Assembly (NCBI RefSeq): GCF_028641065.1
Contig: NC_073409.1
Span: forward strand, 62,001 to 126,000
Origin: Leucoraja erinacea
Lineage: Eukaryota
Length of the DNA: 64,000 bases
Reading direction: 5' to 3'
The notes under the pieces were generated by a model that did no database searches, was not told the DNA's origin, and worked only from the letters and a program-made list of their open reading frames with translations. Positions 13,690 through 26,000 of the stretch are shown in pieces. The first letter of the stretch is position 1. The number at the start of each line of letters is the position of its first letter. A program made the position numbers and the translations under genes.

Positions 13690-13851
13690 AATAAAACAAA
13701 ATGACTGTCTTAGTATATACCAAGTGGAATGTTTTATATATCCTACCAATTAACACTGGCTTATTGCTTTATTTATATTTTAACCATGTTTATATTTTTC
13801 CGTAATGAAGTAAATATACCATGAAATAATGTAGAAACATTTTAAAATAAA
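13690..13851 (+). terminator. Candidate PLEKHO2 polyadenylation signals (AATAAA at 13690 and 13846)
   Basis: Two AATAAA hexamers at the end of an AU-rich, repeat-poor ~1.4 kb stretch after the stop codon. Confidence 0.5.
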
Positions 13852-14299
13852 ATGGCATTCTGTCAACCACAGTATTAAATGCGTTAGGATTTATTGAATG
13901 ATTTGGGATATGCCAAATTTTAAATGTTCTGATGTGGCTAGGACTAATACCACTTCGGATGCTTTACTGTTACTCCTGAAGTCCAACATGTACTCCTGCA
14001 AATGCCTCGCCAATGAGTTTTGAATTGTTTGTAGAAGGTCCATAAAGCAATCCTTGAAATGGTCATGATTGTGTGGCTGGTTTCTGGAGGTTTGCTTCCC
14101 TGCTCTTATTGTGTCCCAGAATCTGTGGAGTTGTGTAACTACCTGACACAACAAGCAACGACTTACCCCCAAAAGCTGACCCTTTCCTGGTGCAATCCCT
14201 CAGTGTTGTATTTTACTTTACCACCAACAACATAGGTAGCAAGAAGAATGAGGTCTTGCAGGCAGAATTGCAGTAAATGTTAGTAAGTAAAGAAAAAGG

Positions 14300-15620
14300 A
14301 AGATAAAACAGATGTAGATGGTGTCAAGGAGCAGTTTCAGTGAGAAGAGGACTTTTAATAAATCAGATGGATTGCACCTCCATAAGAATAGAACCAATAT
14401 TCTAACGGGAGTTTGCTGGTGCTACGGAGGGGATTACAGAAGGAGAAGGAGACTACTTTAGCAGGGGGTTGTGAACAAGATTAGCTGCTAATATAAATGG
14501 GTATATAAGTAGTAAATGGGCGGTACATGGAGGAGACGTATTAAGCACGAAAATGGAACTTGCATGTGTATGCAGAAAGCAATGATTAAGGAACAAAATG
14601 AGTACTCTGCATCTGTCTTCAGGGAAGGGGGTACTTCTACAGTAATAGTGGAGCAGAAATAATAGTAATGTTAAAAATGGATAGTATGAAGGGTGTTGGT
14701 GAATTAAAAATATGAAAACCACTTGAACCAGAATGCTGCGCATCCAAGGATTTTGACGGATGTTTAGGAGGAAGTCACAAAGGCAATGTCATCACAGTTT
14801 AATGTTCTCTCTATAAAGATGGTGCCAGAGAACTGGTGACAGTTGCAAGCGTTACATCCTGTTCAAAAAATATAGAGTAAGCATAAAGTACTGGCTGATC
14901 TATTTAGCCTTGGTAATGGGAACAGTTTTAGAAACATTGAACTGTGGCACGATTAATGAAGGCAAACCCACACCCTTACATTAAGTGTCAATTATGTTTA
15001 AACAGTCTGATGGAAGTTCTTGTTGCAATGTTGGATGGAATAATGAGGGTAATGTAGTCAATTGGTGTAAATGTATTTCTAGAAGGCGTTTGATAAGATG
15101 CCACAGAACAGGCTTATCAGCAAAATTTAAACATGTATTAAAGGGACATTGATGAGATGGATATGAAGTAACAGAACAGAGGGTATTGGTTGTTCTGTCA
15201 GAAGGAAAGGAAATAATGGTGTTACCCAGGGAACAGTGTTAGGACCATTGTTTATTTTGGTCTATGTAAATGATTTAGATTGGGGGATGCAACCCACAAT
15301 TTATAAATTTACAGATGACATAAAACTAGGTAGACAAAAATGCTGGAGAAACTCAGCGGGTGAGGCATCATCTATGGAGCGAAGGAATAGGCGACCCGTA
15401 CCTTTGATTTTCCGGCATCTGCAGTTCCTTCTTAAACATAAACCTTAGCAGTGTTTTGAACTGAGATGAGGAAAGTGACAGATGATGAAGATATAAACTG
15501 GCTAGTGATAGATGATCAGACACTTGGTAGATGGTCTAATCATAAGCGGGGTGATGCATCTTGTTCGAATAAGTGAGAAGTAAGTGCTTTAGATCTTGAG
15601 AATCGCTCCAGCCGAGAGCT
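14300..15620 (+). mobile_element. Old, degraded CR1 LINE ORF2 remnants
   Basis: GVTQGTVLGPLFILVYVNDLD..KFTDDIKL RT motifs near 15220-15330; many stop codons. Confidence 0.6.
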
Positions 15621-17091
15621 GGGTTTCACACAATGGGCCAAATGGCCTCCTCCTGCACTGGAACCATCCTATGATTCCATCTCAGCCTACAAATTTGTGT
15701 TACAGTGTCTGGAACGGGACTTGAACACACAACCTGTAGGAATAGAACCTTCGCCGCCCTCCATGTTTACAACAGACCAATAACCAGATTACTCAACTGT
15801 GCTGAAGTCCTGTCGACGTTTTTGTAAATAACAAACCTGAATGCATATCCGGTGGTGAAATGTTCTTAATGATATAGCTGACATAAGGACCCCATTCCCT
15901 TTCTCTTCCCCCAGCCATGCTTTGAGTTAAGGCCTGGGTATTTTCACAATGGCTCTGCGAGTCGATCCCCCAATCCGATCGCTCTCCCAGTGAATGTTCA
16001 GCTCACCTCCTTGGCCACAGCCCCTCTGACTGGTTCCACTGATACCGGCTGGAGAGTTACCAGTTCCCCCTGACAATAACCATGTGACAACTACTTGCTA
16101 GGTGAACGGCCACCAGCATGACCAACTGAAACGTCAAAGTTCACTTTCACCCAGCATTATATTCACATTCCTCTTGCCTCTGGCCTGAGATAAGTACTCC
16201 AGCTCCCTTCCTACCTAGTGCCGTATCGGTGGTTGGTCGTATTTGAATAGTTACAATGAGCGCACACTTTAACTGCTGAAGTAAAAGCTTTTTAACTTCC
16301 CAGAGTCAGTTTCCTGCCTGTCCAGTTTCTTTCAGCCCTCACCCTTATAAACGTTTGGTCTCTACAAATGTGATGGTAAGTGAAGTCTAATTTTTTTCAT
16401 TCAATTTGGTACCGGTTCATTATTATTTTCTTCCCCTCTCCTGACCAATACCTGTGTTAGCTGATCAATTCAATTTGAAGACTTAGGAGAAGATAAACGG
16501 TTGATGGCAAGACCTTAAACTGCATTGATGTGCACAGGAATCTTTGGGTTCAGGTCCATAGCCAAACTAGTTTGAATGGTAAAGAAGGTATATGGTACGC
16601 TTGCCTTCATTGATTGAGGCATTGAATAGTCAGAAAGTCATGATGCAGCTGTGTCAAACTTTAGCATGCTGCATTTGGAGCATTGCGTGCGATTCTGGTC
16701 AAATATGGAGGCTTACCAGAATGATGCCTTGATACGGGATTATTAGCTAAAGGGTTGGAGAGACATGGATTGTTTTCTCTGAAATGCCGTAGGCAGGGTT
16801 CGTACACTTAGAACTATAAATTCAAGGACTTTCAAGGTCCAAAAATCCCATTTTCAAAACATTGATGGTTTATCGGAGACCTGTATATAAATTGCTTGGT
16901 ATTGGATGATTTGATTCTGTACCAGTTAAAAGTAAGTAAGAAGGTTAGCTGGTCACCATGTCAGATTTGATAGAAAATCATGTTTGGCACATCTCTGGTA
17001 CACAGCAGAAAAAACAACTTTCAACTCAAAGTTCCTTCGAAGTTATAGCTCGAATTATTGCCTAATGTCCATTAAAATTTGGAGTTGAGAC

Positions 17092-17472
17092 CAAAGATCC
17101 TATAGCGAGCAAGATAGTCCACTCGACGAAAAAGACATTGTAAGGGCATATTCATGGGTAATTTTTGGCCCTATTTCCGTAACCGGCTTCCGTCTCCGCA
17201 CCAAAGATCCCACAGGATACTAGTGCGGAGACGGAAGCCGGTTACGGAAACACCCTCGTAAAAATAAAAGTTATTTGGGAAAAATCTTCTCATTTTCAGA
17301 ATTATAATTTATTAACACAAACTGTTCCCCCGCAACGTTGATTAAACTGCGAGTCGGGTCGGGTTACTAAAATGGACGAAAAAAAGGCCTATGTTCCGCT
17401 CCGTTGCGTACTACACGTCAGCCCATTGCATTTAGAAGAAGTGGTCTATCTTGCTCCGCTGTAGGATCTTTG
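17092..17472. mobile_element. hAT-type MITE (381 bp) with ~33-bp TIRs and 8-bp TSD GTTGAGAC
   Basis: TIRs caaagatcctatagcgagcaagatagtccact / agtggtctatcttgctccgctgtaggatctttg. GTTGAGAC is present at both 17084-17091 and 17473-17480. Confidence 0.85.
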
Positions 17473-18119
17473 GTTGAGACCTTGTTTTCTGTTGTGTTAC
17501 TTGTGTGCTCTGATGTACAGACACTGATTTTCAGGGAAATCTGAGAAGATGATCAGTTAATTCATTAGTCCAGGTTGCACAGAACGACACTAAACTAGGG
17601 TGAAAGCAGGGTGTGGCACCAATTTAGCCGATAATATCACCAATATATGTTCCAGAACAGGTGGTGAAGGAGGGAGCCTGTCAAGACTCAAACAAGGACT
17701 GTTCTTGTATCCTATGGGCACCATCTGCAGATCCCAATAACTGCCCTTTTCATTTGGAGGAAATGAGTATAAAAAGAGTGTTTAATGTTAGACACAGTTC
17801 AGCCAGGCAAAGAAGTGTAGACAAGATCTGAAAGAGGTTCTTATAAATAGTAAGGATTTAAATGACAACCCAGTTCCAGTGAGACAAGCAATAAACGAGT
17901 GATGCATTTAAAGATAGATAGACACAAGGATGGGCATCAAAAGACATAGGCTGTGGGCCGAGCATCAAAAATGTGTCTAGAATTTAACTTTTCTGACCCA
18001 TGTCTGGGAACTACTTGATATTTTGCACAGATTTAGATAAAATATAATTGAGAAGGAAGTCATAACTCGTCAGTGCCAAAAGTTGCACATTAATTAATTA
18101 AGCTAATTAGAAAATGAGA

Positions 18120-18462
18120 TCGAAAACTTCTCGCAAATTTCTACAGTTGCACCATCGAGAGTCTGCTGACGGGCTGCATCACAGTCTGGTACGGGAACTG
18201 TTCTGCCCACAGCCACAAATCACTACAGAGAGTGGTGAAGGCGGCAAAGCACATCACTGGCAACTGTCTCCTGGCCATTCAGGGCATTTTCCACAGGCGG
18301 TGCCTGCGGAAGGCACACAGCATCATCAAGGACCACAGCCACCCAGCACGCAGACTGTTCTCATTGTTACCCTCAGGCAGACAATACATGAGCATGGCTG
18401 CACGTACCACTAGACTTCAGAACATTTTTTATCATCATGCCATCAGGCTTCTGAACTCATAA
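18120..18462 (+). mobile_element. Rex1/Babar (L2-related) non-LTR retrotransposon 3' fragment
   Basis: NFYSCTIESLLTGCITVWYGNC...LLPSGRQY..RTTRLQNIFYHHAIRLLN, a typical Rex1-type RT C-terminal region. A related minus-strand piece lies at ~46790-46925. Confidence 0.75.
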
Positions 18463-19349
18463 ACACATCATTATGTTAACTGCCAGTGTGCATAGTGGGG
18501 GTTACAGCCATAGTGGGTCTGGGGCAGTGCCAGGCTGGGGGAAGGCTAAGGCATCTTCCATGTGATTTGGAAAGACTAAATTTTACCTCCAGCTTTCTGT
18601 CATTTTCAAATCTGCTTGAGATGCAATTTAAATTTTCTTTACGTAATGAAAATAAGAATTATCACATGCTAATGCTTTGGAAAGTACCATCACACCCATT
18701 TAAGGAATGAACAGATATTTTAGAATAACATTACGCTACGTTGCTGCTTGATGAGTGATAATGGCAAGGAGAAGTTGAGAACAGACTAAAAATAACTGTA
18801 TACTCACACCCACCGCAGAGAACTGCACAAATAGGAACAGCGTTTCCTCTACGTTTATGAGTAATACACTGGAAGTGAAATGTAAACTGAAATCTATAAA
18901 GTCTTCCTGCAAATTTTCTGGCCATTAATGCAAAATAGAAGTACTTTATTTTCAGAATTCGGTTGCTGTTAAAACCAATAGATTTTCCAAGTGGATGAAT
19001 CTTGCAGGTTCCATGGAATTATGTAAGGTCGATATAATTCAGCTGCAGGCTCTTATTTTGAGGTTAAATATTTTAGTAGTTATTATCGGGCTGAATGTAA
19101 AAATGTAATAATTACATCTTATATTGTATTATAGGGCTGTATTTGATTACATTACAGGTTATGAGACCAGGGGCATGAACGGTGGTAGGGATCAGGTAAC
19201 TGGGACATTGAGGGCATCAGGGGTCAGGAGGGGATCAGGATGTTCTAAGAATATAAAAGGAGATATTGGGAGTTGTGGCTGGTGGGTGTAGAACAGGAGG
19301 CAAAGAAGGTTGGCTTGCTTTGGCAAGGCATCATAAACTCATTGCACAA

Positions 19350-20890
19350 CTGGAGGCTTTTATGCCCACTGACCCTAATCCCTTGTGTGGGACCTTGCCA
19401 AAGGCTTTTTGAAAGTCCAGACTGGTTCTCCCTTATCCATTCTACTTGTTACATCTTCAAAAAATTTCAGAAGATTAGACAAGCATGATTTCCCCTTCAT
19501 AACTCCATGCTGAATTTGACCGATCCTGTCACTGCTTTCCAAATGCGCTGCTATTACATCTTTAACAATCAACTCAAGCATCTTGCCCACTACCGATGTA
19601 AGACTAACTGGTCTATAATTCCCTGTTTTCTCTCTCCCTCCTTTCTTAAAAAGTGCAGTTACATTAGCTACCCTCCAGTCCACAGGAACTGATCCAGTCT
19701 ATATTACATTCCAACATTCTATAAATGTTGGAAAATGATCACCAATTTCTAGGGCCACCTCGAGTACTCTGGGATGTAAACCATCAGGTCCTGAGGATTG
19801 ATCTGCCTTCAGTCCCAACAGTTCACCTAAAACCATTTTCTGACTAATGTGGATTCCCATCAGTTCCTCCCTCCCACAAGATCGTCGGTCCCCTAGTATT
19901 CATGCTCTTTTCCCCTTTTCATTAGCCCCTTTGTCCTCCTCTGTTGAATGTTAAATTTCTCCCAGTCCTTCGGTTTGCTGCTTCCTCTGGCCAATTTATA
20001 TGCCTCTTCATTGGATGTAACACTATCTTTGGTTTCCCTCATTAGCCTTCGTTGAGCCACCTTCCCCGTTTTTTTAATTTGCCAGACAGGGATGATCAAT
20101 TTTTGGAGTTCATTCGTGCGAACTTTAAATCTTTGCCATTGCATCTCCACCATCAACCCTTTAAGTATAATTTGCCAGTCCATCCTAGCCAATTCCTGTC
20201 TCATACCTTCAAAGTCTCCTTTATTCAAGTTCAGGACCCTGGTCTCTGAATTAACTGTGTCACTCTCCATCCTAATACAGAATTCCACCATATTGTGGAC
20301 ACTTGCCCAAAAGCCCTTGCACAACAAGATCGCTAACTAATCCTTCCTCATTACACAATACCCAGACTAGGATGACCTGTCCTCCAGTCGGTTCCTCTAC
20401 ATATTGGCTTAAAAAACCCATCCTGTATACATTCCAGGAAATCCTCCTCCTCAGCACAGTTACCAATTGGGTTGGCCCATATCTATTTAGATATGTAAAA
20501 TGGAAATGATTAGTGAAGACAAATGTAGGTCCCTGAAAATCAGAGACAGATGAATTTATAACTACCCATGATAACTGCTGTACCTTTGCTACACGCATCC
20601 CTAATTTCTACTTGATGCTATCCCCAACCTCCCTACTGCTGTTTGGTGGGCTGTACACAACTCCAACAAGCATTTTCTGCCCTTAGCTATTTTGCAGTTC
20701 CACCCATACCCATTCTACAGCATCCAAGCTAATGTGTATCCTTACTATTGCATTTAAAAAACAATGCCACCCCACCTTCTCTTCCTTTCTGTCTATCCTT
20801 GATGAATATCGAACACCCCTGCATGTTTAGCTTCCAGCCTTGGTCACCCTGGAGCCATGCCTCCATAATCCCAACTATATCAAATGCTTG
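19350..20890 (-). mobile_element. CR1 LINE ORF2 fragments (endonuclease through N-terminal RT), decayed
   Basis: DWRVANVTALFKKGGREKTGNYRPVSLTSVVGKMLE; DIVGIMEAWL..KDRQKGREGGVALF; internal deletions. Confidence 0.85.
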
Positions 20891-22989
20891 TCTTTCTGTG
20901 ACTGTGTACAAGGACATCCCTTTGCACATCAATCATTTAAATAGCAATTCTCTCTTTAAACTGAAGTGGATAACCTCAGTTTTCCACAATGGCCTGTGTG
21001 CATTCCATATTTCCCCATTCATCTATCTTGCCACCTCTTTACATCGGAGTTTGGTGTATTGTTTTTTTATTGTCATATGTACTGAGATACAGTGGAAAAA
21101 ACATGGTATTGCATAGTATGTAGGAAAATCAAGAGCAACGGGAAGTTAAACCAGAGTATTTAGCTCGACCAATCAGACAAAATGTGTAAGAAGGAACTGC
21201 AGATGTTGGTTTAAACCGAAGACAGACACAAAAAGCTGGAGTAACTCAGTGGGACAGGCAGCATCTCTGGTGAGAAGTCTCAAGAAGGGTCTCAACTCAA
21301 AACGTCACCCATTCCTTCTCTCCAGAGATGCTGCCTGTCCCGCTGAGTTACTCCAGCATTTTGTGTCTATCAACCAGCCAGATATTGACCCAAATATAGC
21401 AGAAGATGCTGCAGCCAGCAAATCCAACCCAATCATCTCCCAAATGTTAGCTCATACGTATTGGCTGTGCATCAGTCGTCAGTTCATAACGTGGAGAGAA
21501 ATTGTACTACCATCTCTGACGACAAAGGGCCATGTTTACCTCAAAGACTCTAGTTTGTTCTCTCATTTTGTTTATCATTTATTGGACTCTAAAACATTCA
21601 CACTCATCAGGGTCACTGGTATAGGGGGGTTGAAGGTAGGTCATCGGGTCAAAGGGCGTGACGCACGGATCAACTCAATCCTTCTGGAGGACATGACAGC
21701 CTCCGGCATACACTGTTAACACACGAAACGCGTACTATCTTACCTGTTAAAAAAATGCCGAAATGGTCAATTTTTGTGCTGTAAATAATTCGGGAGGGTG
21801 AATGAGCACTCTGAACCAAATGCTCTAGTATCTTTGCTCTGAACCCGGGCACCTAAGTGTAAGCGGCCAAAGGAACGCATCCCTCGGGACAGCCCCCACT
21901 TTTCCCATGGGGTCAGTGCTGTCCGGCCACAGCTGCCCTCCGCCCCGTGCATTCGCACTGTCACGGGCTATGAGCCGGCAGCGCCCACACACTGGGACAA
22001 AAACCCGGCAACGTCCCCGTCAGCTGCAGCAGAGTTGGGGACAGTCTGGTCCCTCCGACAACCCAGTCACTGACCACACTACACCGACACCCCGACCCCC
22101 CTGCCCCACCCACGAGTGTGGAACCAGTCAGCATGGAGTCTGGATGCTGGGACAGAAGACAGGCCCATTGTACTGGCAGCCATAGTGAGTGCTTACCTGA
22201 TGTTCACCGCTTGTACTCCAGAAGGCGTTGCATGGCAACAGTACGGGTCACAGGTCGTGACCTTGACTGCCGTGCAACCTCTCTATTTCTGCCAAGCCCT
22301 TTTCTTGGGGTTAATGCCTTCTTTAATTCCTCTATGAATGTTAACAGGCAGTTCTGAAGTTCATTCGGCCCATCATGTCTACTCCTCCATTCAATCATGG
22401 CTGATCTATCTTTCCCTCTCAGTCCCATTCTCCTGCCTTTTCCCCGTAAGCCATCCGTACTAATCAAGAACCTGCCAATTTCTGCCTTCAAAATACCCAA
22501 TGCCGGCCTCCACCATCTGTGGCAATGAATTCCACAGATTCACCACCCTCGGACTAAAGAAACTCCTCCTCATCTTCTTTCTAAAGGTACCTTTTAATCG
22601 GCCTTTCACTATTCGACAGTCAGGCCAGGGGCATCTGCAGTCATGGAACCTGTTTTTGTCTGGGTGGGGGTGGGGTTGGGGCACACACAGATTGTAAAGA
22701 ACAACGAAAGTGTGGAATGAAGTGAAAGCAGAGAAACAAGAGGGATTGATGTAGATTTAGTGTGAGGTGGGCAGTGGGCAGATTCTGATTCGATGATACC
22801 TGCTGTTACTTTATTCACGATAATCACAATTCTCTCAGAGCCGCCTTCACCTCCGTTCTCAAACTCTCCCTCCCTCACTCAGAGCGATGATCCACTCGAG
22901 TCCCGCCTCGGGCACCACGGTGACTGTCCCCCAGATTAATCTCAGGGCAAACTAACCGGTGACCGAGGTTGCGGCCCGGCCCGGCTCCT

Positions 22990-24063
22990 GCGGCATCCTG
23001 GGAGTGAGGTCAGGGCCTCAAACGCATCATGGGAGTGAGGTATGGTCCTCCGATGCATCATGGGAATGAGGTCTGACTCCCTGAGGCATCATCGGAGCGA
23101 GGCATCATGGGAGTGAGGTCCGAGCCCGGTCGCATCATGGGAGCGAGGTCCAGGCTACTGGGACATCCCGGGAATGAGTTTTGAGTCCCTGAGGAATCAT
23201 GGCTGTGAGCAAAGATCTTAGATCTTTGGCTGTGAGTTCCAGGTTTCTGAGGCATTATGGGAGTGAGGTCTGGCCCCTGAGGCATCATGGGAATGAAGGC
23301 TGGGCCCTCGATGCATCCTGGGTGTGAGGTCTGGGCCCTGAGGTATCATGGGAGTGAGGTCCGGACCCTGAGGTATCATGGGAGTGAGGTCCGCACCCTG
23401 AGGTATCATGGGAGTGAGGTCAGCACCCTGAGGTATCATGGGAGTGAGGTCAGCACCCTGAGGTATCATGGGAGTGAGGTCCGCACCCTGAGGTATCATG
23501 GGAATGAGGTCCGGACCCTGAGGTATCATGGGAATGAGGTCCGGACCCTGAGTTATCATGGGAGTGAGGTCCGGACCCTGAGGTATCATGGGAGTGAGGT
23601 CCGCACCCTGAGGTATCATGGGAGTGAGGTCCGCACCCTGAGGTATCATGGGAGTGAGGTGAGGTCCGGACCCTGAGGTATCATGGGAATGAGGTCCGGA
23701 CCCTGAGGTATCATGGGAATGAGGTCCGCACCCTGTGGTATCATGGGAGTGAGGTCCGCACCCTGAGGTATCATGGGTATCATGGGAATGAGGTCCGGAC
23801 CCTGAGGTATCATGGGAGTGAGGTCCGGACCCTGAGGTATCATGGGAATGAGGTCCGGACCCTGAGGTATCATGGGAGTTAGGTCCGGGCCCTGAGGTAT
23901 CATGGGAATGAGGTCCGGACCCTGAGGTATCATGGGAGTGAGGTCCGGACCCTGAGGTATCATGGGAGTAAAATTATCCCCCGTGGAATCATGGGAGTGA
24001 GGTCCGGACCCTGAGGTATCATGGGAGTGAAAGTATCCCCCGTGGAATCATGGGAGTGAGGTC
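22990..24063 (+). repeat. 30-bp minisatellite (GGAGTGAGGTCCGGACCCTGAGGTATCATG)n immediately upstream of SNRPA1
   Basis: Over 30 copies, homogeneous at ~23310-23970 with degenerate edges; ends ~60 bp before the ATG. Confidence 0.95.
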
Positions 24064-24081
24064 GGTGGCCCCGAAATCTGG

Positions 24082-24089
24082 CGGAAGTG
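24082..24089 (+). promoter_or_regulatory. ETS/GABP site (CGGAAGTG) at the SNRPA1 CpG-rich promoter
   Basis: Consensus motif ~35-40 bp upstream of the ATG, in CpG-rich sequence. Confidence 0.55.
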
Positions 24090-24122
24090 CTGGCGTGCGG
24101 AGCATTGTGGGATCGCGGCAGC

Positions 24123-24204
24123 ATGGTGAAGCTGACGGCGGAGCTGATCGAGTTGGCGGCGCAGTTCACCAACGCCGTGCGGGACCGGGAACTCGACCTT
24201 CGCG
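24123..24204 (+). CDS. SNRPA1: SNRPA1 (U2 snRNP A') exon 1
   Basis: MVKLTAELIELAAQFTNAVRDRELDLRG; donor gtgagg; 82 nt. Confidence 0.97.
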
Positions 24205-24390
24205 GTGAGGCCCGGAGTATCTGCCCGTCCCCGCCCCCCCCTTCTTCCTCCTCCACCCCTCGGGCCAAGGACCGTTTCCCCGTCGCCGACCTCACGTCCC
24301 TCAGCCGCCGAGTTCCCGGCTGAAGGCGAGGCGGCGGATTTGTTTTGTTTCGCTGCCAGAGTCACGGGACAAATATTTTTATTGTTGCAG

Positions 24391-24538
24391 GATATAAGAT
24401 TCCAGTTGTGGAGAATTTGGGGGCGACTCTTGATCAGTTCGACTCCATTGACTTCTCGGACAATGAAATACGGAAATTGGATGGATTTCCATTGCTGCGG
24501 AGACTGAAGAGTCTGTTGTTGAACAATAACCGGATCTG
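24391..24538 (+). CDS. SNRPA1: SNRPA1 exon 2
   Basis: YKIPVVENLGATLDQFDSIDFSDNEIRKLDGFPLLRRLKSLLLNNNRI (LRR); ttgcag/gtgagt; 148 nt. Confidence 0.97.
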
Positions 24539-24566
24539 GTGAGTCTCTCCCCCCCCCTCAGTCGGA

Positions 24567-25127
24567 GTATTGAATACACAAGTTTGGAGGTCTTGGTGCA
24601 GTTGTATAAGATTATGTTCAGTTATGGGCACCAATTTAAAGGAAAGATGCCAAGCTGGAAAGGGTACAGAGAGGATTTACAAGGATGTTACCAGGGCTAG
24701 AAGGTCTGAGCTATAGGGAGAGGTTGAATAGGTCGGGACTGTATTCTTTGGAGCACAGGAGGATGAGGGGTTATCTTATTGAGGTGTATAAAATCATGAG
24801 GAATAGATCGGGTAGATGCAGAGAGTCTCTTGCCCAGAGTAGGTGAATCGCGGACCAGGGACATAGGTTTAAGGTGAAGGGGAAAAATAATTAATAGGGG
24901 TAACTTTTTCACACAAAGGATAGTGGTTGTATGGAACAAGCTGCCAGAGGAGGTAGTTGAGGCTGGGACTATCCCAACGTTTAAGAAACAGACAGATACA
25001 TGAATAGGACGGGTTTGGAGGGATTTGGACCAAACCCTGGCAGATGGGACGTGTGTAGATGGGACATGTTGGCTGGTGCGGGCCATTTGGGCCGAAGGGC
25101 CTGTTTCCACACTGTATCACTCTATGC
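24567..25127 (+). mobile_element. CR1 LINE 3' fragment in SNRPA1 intron 2
   Basis: KLERVQRGFTRMLPGL..LSYRERL RT tail and CR1 3' UTR. Confidence 0.85.
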
Positions 25128-25921
25128 CTAGGAGAAATAAGAAATAAAAAACGTGTGTTGTGAGTGGTCCTTGATTATGTTGGCTGCTTTCCCGAGGCAG
25201 CATGCCGTATATGTGGATGGAGGAGGGGGAGCTGATTCCTGGGACAGATCCACCACTGCAATTTCATGTAGTCTGGGCAGTTGCCAGCCAACCCAATCGG
25301 ATGCATTCTACGGTGTGCCTGCAGAAGTTGGAGCCATACAGACATGGTCATTGGAGGAAGTAGAGATGCTGGTGCAGTTGTGGGCTGCCGTTCCACTTTA
25401 CAGAAGGATGGCGGTGAGCCGTGGCCTAGAGGAGGGGGGAAGCCGTCATGCCCCGACCCTGCTCATCCTCCAAAGCTCAGGGAACCGAGCAAGAGGAGGG
25501 ATCTGGCAACGGCGGCCATGAGGAGCAAGGCTGGTGGACCGGGGGTTGTACCATGCGCACCCTCGAGGTTGGCTGCAGGAGGTGTTCCCAGAACAGACGG
25601 GTGGCCGGGCAAGGAGAGGGAAAACCAAGACAAAGGTGATGGCTAGAGGCCCAGCAGCAGCCTGGGACTCGCCTGGATTGGGCACCACTCCGTAAGTCCG
25701 TGCGCACGGGCCTTTGGAAATTGTGCCAAATCTGGCAACTCTGAATTTAACTGTCAAACTAACGCACCATTGTATTGCATTGTCACCCTGGACAGTGTCT
25801 GCAGTGAAGTCGTTTTCTGTACTCGATCGTGTCTGGTTCAATGATTTGTTTGTGGTTCATAAATCGTGACCAGTAAGCATCCCTATGCAGGATTCAATAA
25901 TCTGAAATGATTTTGTTTCAG

Positions 25922-26000
25922 TCGTATCGGTGAAGGCCTTGAACAGGCGCTGCCGAACCTGCGGGAATTGGTCCTCACCAACAACAATCTGCAGGAACTG
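25922..26000 (+). CDS. SNRPA1: SNRPA1 exon 3
   Basis: RIGEGLEQALPNLRELVLTNNNLQEL; tttcag/gtgagt; 79 nt. Confidence 0.97.

Noticed and set aside
23218-23963. (MIPQGPDLTP)n and (RYHGSEVRTL)n repeat proteins
   Set aside because: A 30-bp unit keeps frames open automatically. The frames break at indels, and no splice or promoter context supports them.
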